64,000 nt of DNA from Mayamaea pseudoterrestris. Taxonomy: Eukaryota. A program made the position numbers and the translations under genes. Below, piece after piece: positions 55,520-64,000 of this stretch. Positions within the stretch are counted from its first letter, which is position 1; each line of letters opens with the position of its first letter. The stretch spans positions 682,001 through 746,000 of the forward strand of contig BROI01000007.1 of assembly GCA_027923505.1 (NCBI GenBank), read 5' to 3'. Below the pieces are notes generated by a model, which ran no database searches, was not told the DNA's origin, and was given only the letters and a program-made list of their open reading frames with translations.

Positions 55520-56824
55520 ATGCTTGTATTTTCTTTTACACCTACTTCACTCACTGCGTTGTTGTTTGTCCTTCTTGCTACTGCAATTTGGACCTCAAGC
55601 GCCCATGAATCAACACTCAAGCTGAAGGCGCGCTCAGGGTTTCGCATTCGACTTCCCAAAGCCATCAGCGATCACACGGCCAACCTTGTCGAAGATGCTG
55701 CTACGGGAACTAAAAGCATTTACATCATGGGCGGTTGCGATGCTCAAAATGGAAACGTTTTCAACAAGGGATTTGGGGAGTTCATTTGCAGCAGCATCAG
55801 CAACAAGCTGTACAAGCTAGACACTGCCACGCAGAATATTACAATCATGGCGGACATGCCGACGGAGCGATACCGCCATGCAGCTGCTGTTATAAACAAC
55901 AAGCACATTTGGGTTGCTGGTGGACGCGACTTGGATGATTACATTATCCCGACGATTGATGTGTACGACATTTCGAAAAATTCTTGGCGATCGTTCGACG
56001 TTGATGAAGCCTATCAGTCATCCGATCTCGGTGGATTTGGGAAAGGCAACAATGCCTTCTTTGTCGGAGGATACAATTACACGTATGGTTTTCGTGATGC
56101 TGTTTTCGCTATTGACTCGAGAGCTTCCTTGGCGAGTGGATCATCGTCACTTGTCATTCAAGACAAGGCTCCACTTCGCGTGGCCCGTGGCGACTTGACA
56201 GCCGTTGTTAATGACGACGAAACGTACGCCATTGTCACGGGCGGTTTTGGTGTCACGAATGAGTTTTGTGCGCCATTGGCGGAGGTGGAGCGATACAACT
56301 TCAACGACGACTCATGGAGGTTGATTGCGCCCATGAACAAGCCGCGATCCGACATTGCGCTGGTGGAGCTGAATGGAAACATTATTGCATTAGGCGGGGA
56401 GCGGCAGATTTTGAACATTTGTGAGATCGACCCGCCCGAAGTAGGTGAGGCGACTTTTGCGGTGGACGACGTGGAGGTGCTGGATGTAAACGCGAGCAGC
56501 TGCAGTACAAAATGGACGGTCCTGCAGGACTTGCCTCAGAATCGCTTTCGTCTCGCGGCTGTGGCTTTGGATGACGAAAATGCTGTCTACACGTTTGGCG
56601 GACAGGAAGACTACAACTCGACTTGCCAGTGCTATCGGCCTACCAGGCAGGTTATCATCTATGATGCCACGGAAGTGGAGCATGATCATGCGACGGAGCA
56701 GGATAGTTTTAATGCCGAATCGTCAACGGGGAGTCTTGGTGACACATGTAGCTCGGCGTCGTACACAATGCGTGGTTATCTGTGGGCCGCCTTTGTTGGC
56801 ACGACTGCGGTCATGCTTGCCTAA
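55520..56824 (+). CDS. Secreted or surface kelch-repeat beta-propeller protein with C-terminal hydrophobic (GPI-like) tail
   Basis: Signal peptide. Six GG kelch blades (IYIMGG, IWVAGG, FFVGG, IVTGG, IALGG, YTFGG). Ser-rich linker and terminal hydrophobic segment. Confidence 0.82.
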   Translation: MLVFSFTPTSLTALLFVLLATAIWTSSAHESTLKLKARSGFRIRLPKAISDHTANLVEDAATGTKSIYIMGGCDAQNGNVFNKGFGEFICSSISNKLYKLDTATQNITIMADMPTERYRHAAAVINNKHIWVAGGRDLDDYIIPTIDVYDISKNSWRSFDVDEAYQSSDLGGFGKGNNAFFVGGYNYTYGFRDAVFAIDSRASLASGSSSLVIQDKAPLRVARGDLTAVVNDDETYAIVTGGFGVTNEFCAPLAEVERYNFNDDSWRLIAPMNKPRSDIALVELNGNIIALGGERQILNICEIDPPEVGEATFAVDDVEVLDVNASSCSTKWTVLQDLPQNRFRLAAVALDDENAVYTFGGQEDYNSTCQCYRPTRQVIIYDATEVEHDHATEQDSFNAESSTGSLGDTCSSASYTMRGYLWAAFVGTTAVMLA

Positions 56825-57086
56825 CCCGATCGCAAGCGACCCTTATTACTCAATCCTTTGCTCAATGTAAATAAGTTTCTTTGCAAACTATCTTTCCTTA
56901 TTGAATTTTACAAGCTGACCTGACAGCCAGTGGCACTGCCCCGCCCCTTGCCTGTCACACTGTAGAGTATACAAGTAGGATATGTGACAAAGCTGCTGAT
57001 ACTTCCCCAGATGCAACTATGCAGTATTGTACCAAGACTTTTGCAACTCTGTAACTTCTACGAAGCTAAACTCTGCTGCATGCCCT

Positions 57087-60000
57087 TTACAAGTCCCAAA
57101 TGTCAACCGCATCCGAGTCATCGCCACTGCGCATATCGTTGGATGAGGCAGCACTAGCCAGCGTCACTCTCGAAGTACTGTGAGTAAGAACTGGGGCGTC
57201 GTCATCAGAATCATCCCAGTTGCCTTCCGTATTAGCCATCTGAGCCAAGTCTTCCTGTAGAGTCAAAACCTCGCGACCACTTCCGTCTACATCTAGTCCA
57301 TCATCCGATGAGCCTCCAACAATGTGACCACGCGCATTCTTCTCGGCTCTTTCCTGATCTTGTTCCGCAGTCTTGATCTGAGCTTGCTGACGCTGTAAAA
57401 CATCCTTCAACATTTCCGCAGCCGTTGTACCACCACGGACGCGCCGCAACTGCTCTGGCTCGTAGCGTCCTCGAGGCATGCCCGGGCTCGACATGTTTAT
57501 ACCATGCGCATCCGCCCAAGCCAGCCAGGGCATCCAAGTGTCTGGATCTCCACGACGAAGAGTCTGGTCGTTTCCTATTACTATCAAAGCACGCCGGGCC
57601 CGAGTGAAACTAACGTTGACTCGCCGCCAGTCGGAAGTAAAGCCAATGGCACCATAGTCATTGCTACGAACAGCAGAAAATACAATCGCTTCCTTCTCCC
57701 GACCTTGAAAGCCATCAACCGAAGATACTTCAACGTATGGCGGCCCAGTATCGCGAATCAATTGTCGAATCAGGCGCCGAATCAAACGAGCTTGTGCCGC
57801 GTACGGTGTCACTACCGCAATGTCACTGACCGAGCATTGTCCGCCAGCCATGAGTGCAGCCACAGCGTCGCATGCTGCCGCTGCTTCCGCCTCATTATAC
57901 TTGCTCACTCCGTCGTCCATTTCTACTCCGTAAACTGGAACATAGGCCACCGGAAACTCTTCGCGTGGCCAGGAGAAGCCTTGCAGCGGCCTGCGCTCCG
58001 GTGCCGATACTCCATTCTTCAAAAGACCTCCATAAAATAGATCCGAAGGGAACTGTGCAATACAAGGATGCATTCGATATTGCGTATCCAGCATAAACGG
58101 CGGCACGCCGCAGGCAACCATGCGCGAAAACAACGGAACTCCATGGCCTTCTTCCTCAGCTCTCGTACTCAAAACTGTTGGCGGGAGCTGACAGTGATCT
58201 CCAACCAAAACAAGTTGACGGCATCCTCGAGTGATGGGAACAAGAATGGCTGGCTCCGTCGCTTGCGTCGCCTCATCCACAAGAATGTGTTCCAAAGGAC
58301 CAAACATGTCGAGAATATCACTACCCGAACCAATGCATGTGCAGCAAACTATCTGTGCGTCTTTCATTTGTTTCATTCTTTCCTTGTATCCAGCCATTCC
58401 ACCAGAACGATCCTGACTGCTCCCGTACTGCGATGGCGGACGATCGATACAGTAACGCAACAGCTCCGGGCGAACAGCCTCGGGTCGGCCCAAGCGGACG
58501 ACGCGCAGTCCGACCGCCGCGCAGCCTTCCACTAAATTGTCTACTGCAATGTTCGAATCGGATGTGGCAAGAATTGGTGCCGGTTCATCTCCATTCTTTG
58601 TAGCAGCATCGCGCATACGCGCCCAATGCTGGATAATGCGAATCGCTACTGCGGTTTTACCAGTACCTGGTGGTCCCTGGACGAGAGACAGCCGATTGGT
58701 CGTCGCACCTTCTAGCGCCAAACACTGCGAAGGATTCAACCCATCCAACAAGCCATGCCGTTCCAAAGCTAAACGATTTGACTCGCGCGCGGCCGCAGCG
58801 TCAAAACTGTCTCCTTCATCCTCAACGTTCCAGGCAATTGCCTCTGAACATAACTCAGCGGTGGAAGTCATCTCGCCTCGCGGGAGTGCACCATTAAACC
58901 TGAAAATATTTTCATCCATAGATGTTATGGCTTCGATGAGCTGAGGGCAAGGTCGGCGAAAGTCTCTCATGTTCGTGTCAATCGGACTGCATATCGCCAC
59001 GGCAGCATTTAGTTGCCGATTAAAACCCATGCGATTCGCTAACTTGTCAACACGGTAAACATTTCCTTCAATAGCTTCGGTCAAAGAAGCATACAGATTC
59101 GTATTAAGCTTATCTTGCAAGCGCAACACAACCGGGTTTAGGTTTGTAACGGTAGCTTCAATCATGTTCCTGTCCAGACTTTCGGCAGACATGGGATAAG
59201 GCCCAGCATACGGCAAGATTGATACCGCGTCTCCTGGCGCAATGCCACGTTGCTCCAAATTTTCAGGAACAAAGCAAAGTTGGTTGCCTGGAACCACAAC
59301 CAAATCAGCAGGCTTCTTGCCTCGTTTCAAACGAGCATCAACAATGCACAGCCCAGCGCGAACAAGACGTTCACAAGGCGCGGAACAGATTCTGTCGCGA
59401 GCTGAAGTCGCCTCCTCAAGAAACTCTAGCGCAATACCGCGAACGATGCGTAAAAAATATGTTCGTTTCTTCGGCGAGTCGAATTCCGTTGCAATGCACA
59501 ATGCATTCATCAAGTCAGCTGCAGTGTAGGAGCTTGAGTTCCGTAAATTCTGCGGCAGACACATTAAAATGCGCTCCGTCTGCGCCAGTGCCATCGTCCC
59601 TGGCATGGTACAGCTGCGAAGGCAGTACAAGGCATCATCAAACAAGGCTGCTGTCATGAATGCCTTTTGTACTGTTTCAAGTACGGTGGCGTCCAATGCA
59701 AAATGATGGTTGCGCTTATCGTGCAAAAGCTCGCGCATACCCACCAAATCGGACTGATCAACCGCCAACCGGATCTGCTGGTTGAATCGACGAACGAGCT
59801 GCTGATTCGCAGCATCGCCTCCCGTCAAATGTCCGCCCTTTCCCTTTTTCTTCTTGCTTGTAGTCTTTGCAACCTTTTTGATCGATGCAGCAGGAGTCGC
59901 CGCTGCACTGTTTGTAAATGCATTATTCGTATTATCGCCGCCATTAATATTGGCGCTTCCAAGCGACGTTTGCGACTCGTTGCGACGAATGACAACCTGC

Positions 60001-60980
60001 GTCGTGGCAGAAATGCTAACGGCACGGCCCGGCAAGTTTTCAAGCGCCTTGGACGTTGACACTGGTGGCGCAATGGGAGCTGCAGCTGCATCGTCGACAG
60101 CTTCCAAATCGTTTCCATTTTCATCAACGTTCTTCGGTTTCTTCTTCCTCTTGGGCTTCTTCTTGGTAGGTTTCTCCGTCGCAGGCTCGGCTGCCTCATC
60201 AACCGCTGGGTAAACATAATTACGCGACAAAATGACAGGGACGCCCTTCTTGCCGCCAACCTTGATGGTTTTGGGATCAGGAAGTGACGGCAATGAAATG
60301 ACTGGAGGTTCCATGGTGGAGGTTGAAGTAGTCTCAGATTCACGAGTTGCTGCCAAATTTGTCGCTTTCGTCGGAGCAAAGGGAACTCCAGTCACCAATG
60401 ATTCAAAGGCATCTGTGTCCATCGGTAGGGGTAAAGATGCATTGACAGCAGCTTCCGCCTCTGAAACAAGCCCGACTGGCTCGTCAAAGGCAAGGTATGC
60501 ATGCTCCGTTCTCACAATGGGTTCCGTTACCTCCAAATGGCCAAATTCGTTATTAATTTCATTCACAGCACCGTCATCATCATTCAAAGTCGTATCCTTG
60601 ACTTCTCTACCAGGTTCATCTGCTGCAACTGACTTTTCTCCTCCTCTACCTCCTCTTCCCTTGCCTCGTCCTGAAGTCCGACCACGACCTCGTCCGCCGC
60701 CGCGTCTTGTTGTTGCTCCCTGACTTCGGCCGTCATTGTTGCTTGTCGTTGTTGATCCTGCCGTTGCATTATCATTATTTGCGCTCGCAGCTCCATCTCC
60801 GTTACTGGCCGTTGCCGTTCCAGTCTTGCCAACTTCTAATGTAGTTGTCTGTCGCTGATGTCCTCGTCCTCTGCTGCGAGAGTAACGTCCTCGACCAGCT
60901 CCTCGTCCTGGTGCTCGACCGGCGCCCGGGTTGACAAATGTTGCTGCGTTAGTGCTAGCTGCTGCGAAACTCTCAGTCAT
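57087..60980 (-). CDS. UPF1-like superfamily 1B helicase (AAA_11/AAA_12)
   Basis: [82 protein letters not shown]. Intronless, 1297 aa. Confidence 0.92.
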   Translation of the reverse strand: MTESFAAASTNAATFVNPGAGRAPGRGAGRGRYSRSRGRGHQRQTTTLEVGKTGTATASNGDGAASANNDNATAGSTTTSNNDGRSQGATTRRGGGRGRGRTSGRGKGRGGRGGEKSVAADEPGREVKDTTLNDDDGAVNEINNEFGHLEVTEPIVRTEHAYLAFDEPVGLVSEAEAAVNASLPLPMDTDAFESLVTGVPFAPTKATNLAATRESETTSTSTMEPPVISLPSLPDPKTIKVGGKKGVPVILSRNYVYPAVDEAAEPATEKPTKKKPKRKKKPKNVDENGNDLEAVDDAAAAPIAPPVSTSKALENLPGRAVSISATTQVVIRRNESQTSLGSANINGGDNTNNAFTNSAAATPAASIKKVAKTTSKKKKGKGGHLTGGDAANQQLVRRFNQQIRLAVDQSDLVGMRELLHDKRNHHFALDATVLETVQKAFMTAALFDDALYCLRSCTMPGTMALAQTERILMCLPQNLRNSSSYTAADLMNALCIATEFDSPKKRTYFLRIVRGIALEFLEEATSARDRICSAPCERLVRAGLCIVDARLKRGKKPADLVVVPGNQLCFVPENLEQRGIAPGDAVSILPYAGPYPMSAESLDRNMIEATVTNLNPVVLRLQDKLNTNLYASLTEAIEGNVYRVDKLANRMGFNRQLNAAVAICSPIDTNMRDFRRPCPQLIEAITSMDENIFRFNGALPRGEMTSTAELCSEAIAWNVEDEGDSFDAAAARESNRLALERHGLLDGLNPSQCLALEGATTNRLSLVQGPPGTGKTAVAIRIIQHWARMRDAATKNGDEPAPILATSDSNIAVDNLVEGCAAVGLRVVRLGRPEAVRPELLRYCIDRPPSQYGSSQDRSGGMAGYKERMKQMKDAQIVCCTCIGSGSDILDMFGPLEHILVDEATQATEPAILVPITRGCRQLVLVGDHCQLPPTVLSTRAEEEGHGVPLFSRMVACGVPPFMLDTQYRMHPCIAQFPSDLFYGGLLKNGVSAPERRPLQGFSWPREEFPVAYVPVYGVEMDDGVSKYNEAEAAAACDAVAALMAGGQCSVSDIAVVTPYAAQARLIRRLIRQLIRDTGPPYVEVSSVDGFQGREKEAIVFSAVRSNDYGAIGFTSDWRRVNVSFTRARRALIVIGNDQTLRRGDPDTWMPWLAWADAHGINMSSPGMPRGRYEPEQLRRVRGGTTAAEMLKDVLQRQQAQIKTAEQDQERAEKNARGHIVGGSSDDGLDVDGSGREVLTLQEDLAQMANTEGNWDDSDDDAPVLTHSTSRVTLASAASSNDMRSGDDSDAVDIWDL

Positions 60981-61304
60981 GCAATATAGATGAATTAAAT
61001 GCTGCTGCTGTATTGTTCTTTATAAAGTAGCTGCAATGAGTTTGTCGAGACGAATATGTAAACGTTTTTGTCTTCGATCGGCCTCCTGCAAATGTGAGGA
61101 TTTGGAATCGGTTGGTGCGCATGTCCATGGTGAAAAGCGTGCGGACGGGCGAAACGTGTCGACGACGGATGGACGGACCATGTCGTTGCGGTACTCTAGA
61201 GGGAGTCGCAGTGGTAATGACTGAATCGTTCCATTCGCGCTTCCACAAACGCAACAACACGATCAACTCGACTCTCTTAATGCTTCCGTCTAAGTAGCAT
61301 CAGA

Positions 61305-62849
61305 ATGACAACCATATCTACTCCCCAACAACAGCATGTCCAAGAGGAAGGAGTATTACGCGATGTGCTCGATGAACTCGACAAGGAACGAAAAAAGCGC
61401 GCCGAACTGGAAGCCAAAGTGCGAGCCTTGGAGGCGCAACAGGAGGAGCGGTCAGGCAAGCACAAGCTACTGGCGCTTCAGTACCAAGTGGATGGATACC
61501 AGCAAGTCATTCATGCGTTGACTGAATCCAAGCCTGCCTTGTCCGCAGCGAATGTCAGGCAATGTACGATTCCGATTCACATTCTGCGACTCTTGGAAAT
61601 TATTCCGTGGGATGCGCGTGCACATGAATTCATCTTTCAGGACGAGTGCCTCTATGAATGGCAAATATACTTTGAAGATCAGTGGCAGACGCAACTTAGA
61701 TACTTTCCAGCTGCAATTCGGAACCTTCCCCTCGTAAAATCCACGACAAAGTCAACAATTACAGCGTCGCGAAGCAGCAGTACATCTGGTGTGATTTCAA
61801 CTCACGCAAGCCCTATGACGCCGACACGACAACACTCGCTGCACAGCAGCAGCAATAGGGATGCAGAACCTACTTTATCGAAGCACCATCACGCTCAATC
61901 CGATGGCGGCGGCAGCAGCGACTCGAGCAGCAACCTTTTGGCCGTTTTGGCGGGCGCCAACTCCACTACTAGCAAGCCACGATTTACGCCACCAACGATT
62001 GTCATGACGGACATGAACGTATCCAAGCTTTATCATACGCCAAACGACGACTACATGCTGCCTGCGCTGCTAAACGGAGGCACGTGGGAGTGGGTGAACG
62101 TTTGGCATGTTGGCGAGCATGCCAAATGGGTTTACGGATCGACAGTCCAACAAGTCATTGCCGAATTGCAACATGCGGAAACTTTGAACACTGCACTGAC
62201 GCGTCACGACAATCCAGAAGTGTCACCAGCGACTCGACTATTGCGAGGCCGAAGATGGACACGTCGTCGAGTGCTTGTGGAATATCCCAACATGTGCCAC
62301 GCTACCAAGGCATATTTGCACCAACTTGCGTCAAGCACGCAACGAGGCGCACATTGTCAAGAACTGTCGCAACAATTGACAAACACGCAAACGACGCTGT
62401 CCGAGACGCGCGAGTGCTTGAAAATTGCGCGGGCGCAGCTGCACGAGTCGCGGCGATTGCTGCAGCATGTGGTGGTGAATCGCAGCGAAGCGCCGTCCGA
62501 GCAACAGCAGGAGCAATTGGCTCACGAAACGGAACTGATTATTGAATTCTTAGCGCAAAGCAAGCTAGCGGTTGGAGCAATGACGGCCGAGGATCAAGTG
62601 GGTGAAGGTCATGCGGATGATAGTAGCTTCAACGAAGCAACTGCGACAAGTGCAAAGCGACCACTTCGGGGTAGACAAACTCATGCATCACTCCCTGGAA
62701 GCAGCCATCACAGTGAATCAGCGTCAGTTATACCCGCATCCTCAACCTCGTCCACGGGCTCGAGCGATCTATTTGATTGGAAGCGTCTCGGACGAGGTGC
62801 TTTGATGGATCGCATCAAGTTGAGTCAAGTGCAACAACAGCAGCATTAA
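61305..62849 (+). CDS. Coiled-coil protein with degenerate DysF (dysferlin/Pex24-like) motif
   Basis: Coiled coils flank YEWQ...W, LP...GTWEWVNVWHV, WVYG and LLRGRRWTRRR, the DysF Trp/Arg pattern. Confidence 0.6.
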   Translation: MTTISTPQQQHVQEEGVLRDVLDELDKERKKRAELEAKVRALEAQQEERSGKHKLLALQYQVDGYQQVIHALTESKPALSAANVRQCTIPIHILRLLEIIPWDARAHEFIFQDECLYEWQIYFEDQWQTQLRYFPAAIRNLPLVKSTTKSTITASRSSSTSGVISTHASPMTPTRQHSLHSSSNRDAEPTLSKHHHAQSDGGGSSDSSSNLLAVLAGANSTTSKPRFTPPTIVMTDMNVSKLYHTPNDDYMLPALLNGGTWEWVNVWHVGEHAKWVYGSTVQQVIAELQHAETLNTALTRHDNPEVSPATRLLRGRRWTRRRVLVEYPNMCHATKAYLHQLASSTQRGAHCQELSQQLTNTQTTLSETRECLKIARAQLHESRRLLQHVVVNRSEAPSEQQQEQLAHETELIIEFLAQSKLAVGAMTAEDQVGEGHADDSSFNEATATSAKRPLRGRQTHASLPGSSHHSESASVIPASSTSSTGSSDLFDWKRLGRGALMDRIKLSQVQQQQH

Positions 62850-63004
62850 TAATGTAAATGATAAAATTGATAAGTTGATTAGCTAGCTTATTGGATGTCT
62901 TATCTGAGAAATGGTAATGTTGACGCATGCTCGCATGCGAGCGACTGGTTCTCGATGGTATCGACGAGTTGAAATCGTAGTGCTGTGATTCATCGACAAC
63001 AACG

Positions 63005-64000
63005 TCATTGAAGGCCGTCCGTAAACGTTTGAATGGCACTCCATGTTTCACTTGACGATTCCCAAGGAAGCAACGACTTGCCAGGAAGTGTTTCAAGCTC
63101 CGCGAGACGCAGATTGGCAAGGTACGGCAATCGACCGTCTCTTCGTTGCGACGTGTCAGCTTGACCCTGCAGAATCAACGTTGGTTGCTGGAGAGTTTGC
63201 AGCTCCGTTTCTAGTGACTGCAAGCACAAGGCTCCAGCGTTGAAGACTTGCACCGGCGGCCTTGTTTCACGGCAAGCTTCCTGGAGCGTTTCGTCGAGCC
63301 ATTCGTCGTCGCATGGTTGTTCAAACAAAAAGGCGTTTGAAAAGACTTTGATCGCCCAGCGCGACTCCAGCACACCAAAGGCTAGAGTCCCAAACAAGGG
63401 TGACTTCAAAAAGCTGTAATTGAATTCAATGTCTTTGAGAGGGACTGGTGTCGTCAAATCCTTGTAGGTTGGGGGGCTAGCCAGAATGAGACTGGAGATT
63501 GTGCTGGGATTCTGGGCGGCGAGGGCGACTCCGATGGGAGCGAGTCCACCTTGCACTAGTAAATGACATGACTTGTAACCAGCTTGCCTGGCAGATGGTA
63601 GTATGACATTGTCTAGCAGTGTTTGACAAGCTTCGATCCAGACTTGTGGAACATTCTCCAAAGCTCCAGATGAAAACGCATTCCAATCGTCATATTCATT
63701 GACGCTTCCCAGTTTAGTGCCATCAACATATCCGCATCCTGGCAAGTTGATGGCGTAAATGTCTCGTTCTGAGTTTCTTTCTGCAGCTACTTGCGCCAGT
63801 CTCCTCCAGTACCAGCTCGCAAGGCCAACGCCGACGGGGTGTATGCAAAGCAGTGGTGGTCGTGACTGCTTCTTCGATAACGCACTAAAGAGTGGAAAGT
63901 TTGGCGTCCATGGCGGCAGAGGAGGAGACGAAAAAGATGCTTTTTGATGATGGTACGTAATGGGAAAGCTGATGGAGTCTCCATCGCGATTGTTCTTCCC
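63005..64000 (-). CDS. Alpha/beta hydrolase-fold protein (5' end outside window)
   Basis: The frame is open from 64000: PLLCIHPVGVGLASWYW, IYAINLPGCG, LLVQGGLAP, LILASPP, QQPTLILQG, LPG..LLPWE. Confidence 0.8.
   Translation of the reverse strand, partial: GKNNRDGDSISFPITYHHQKASFSSPPLPPWTPNFPLFSALSKKQSRPPLLCIHPVGVGLASWYWRRLAQVAAERNSERDIYAINLPGCGYVDGTKLGSVNEYDDWNAFSSGALENVPQVWIEACQTLLDNVILPSARQAGYKSCHLLVQGGLAPIGVALAAQNPSTISSLILASPPTYKDLTTPVPLKDIEFNYSFLKSPLFGTLAFGVLESRWAIKVFSNAFLFEQPCDDEWLDETLQEACRETRPPVQVFNAGALCLQSLETELQTLQQPTLILQGQADTSQRRDGRLPYLANLRLAELETLPGKSLLPWESSSETWSAIQTFTDGLQ

Overview
This is eukaryotic nuclear DNA, not prokaryotic. It is very gene-dense, with about 31 protein-coding genes, short (about 70-155 nt) spliceosomal introns, and many N-terminal signal peptides, some with the diatom-type ASAF plastid-targeting motif. 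The gene set and targeting signals point to a diatom, probably pennate (inference). Most genes are housekeeping: SLC35A-type nucleotide-sugar transporter, BolA, PPR protein, M6 metalloprotease, DDI1, ABCG, a ~2990-aa BEACH/WD40 protein, scramblase, hotdog thioesterase, Rpn13, PPi-dependent PFK, m-AAA protease, mitochondrial carrier, sulfotransferase, exosome RNase PH subunit, Mss116-like helicase, MFS, MtnK, kelch protein and UPF1-like helicase. The most interesting signal is a three-member family of secreted proteins (8774-9884, 31173-31913, 32515-33147). Each has a signal peptide, an RXL processing motif, a silaffin-like Lys/Ser/Gly tract and a Cys-conserved dirigent/allene-oxide-cyclase-like beta-barrel, so they are candidate biosilica or cell-wall proteins. 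Also notable are a higher-order ~230-bp repeat built from ~40-bp monomers with CpG-decay differences, a probable GC-AG intron in BolA, a Tat-type thylakoid-lumen protein of unknown function, and a recurrent intergenic palindrome TACCGGTA. I found no rRNA, tRNA, CRISPR array or intact transposon. Exon boundaries were derived by eye from splice consensus and frame continuity, and no database search was run.
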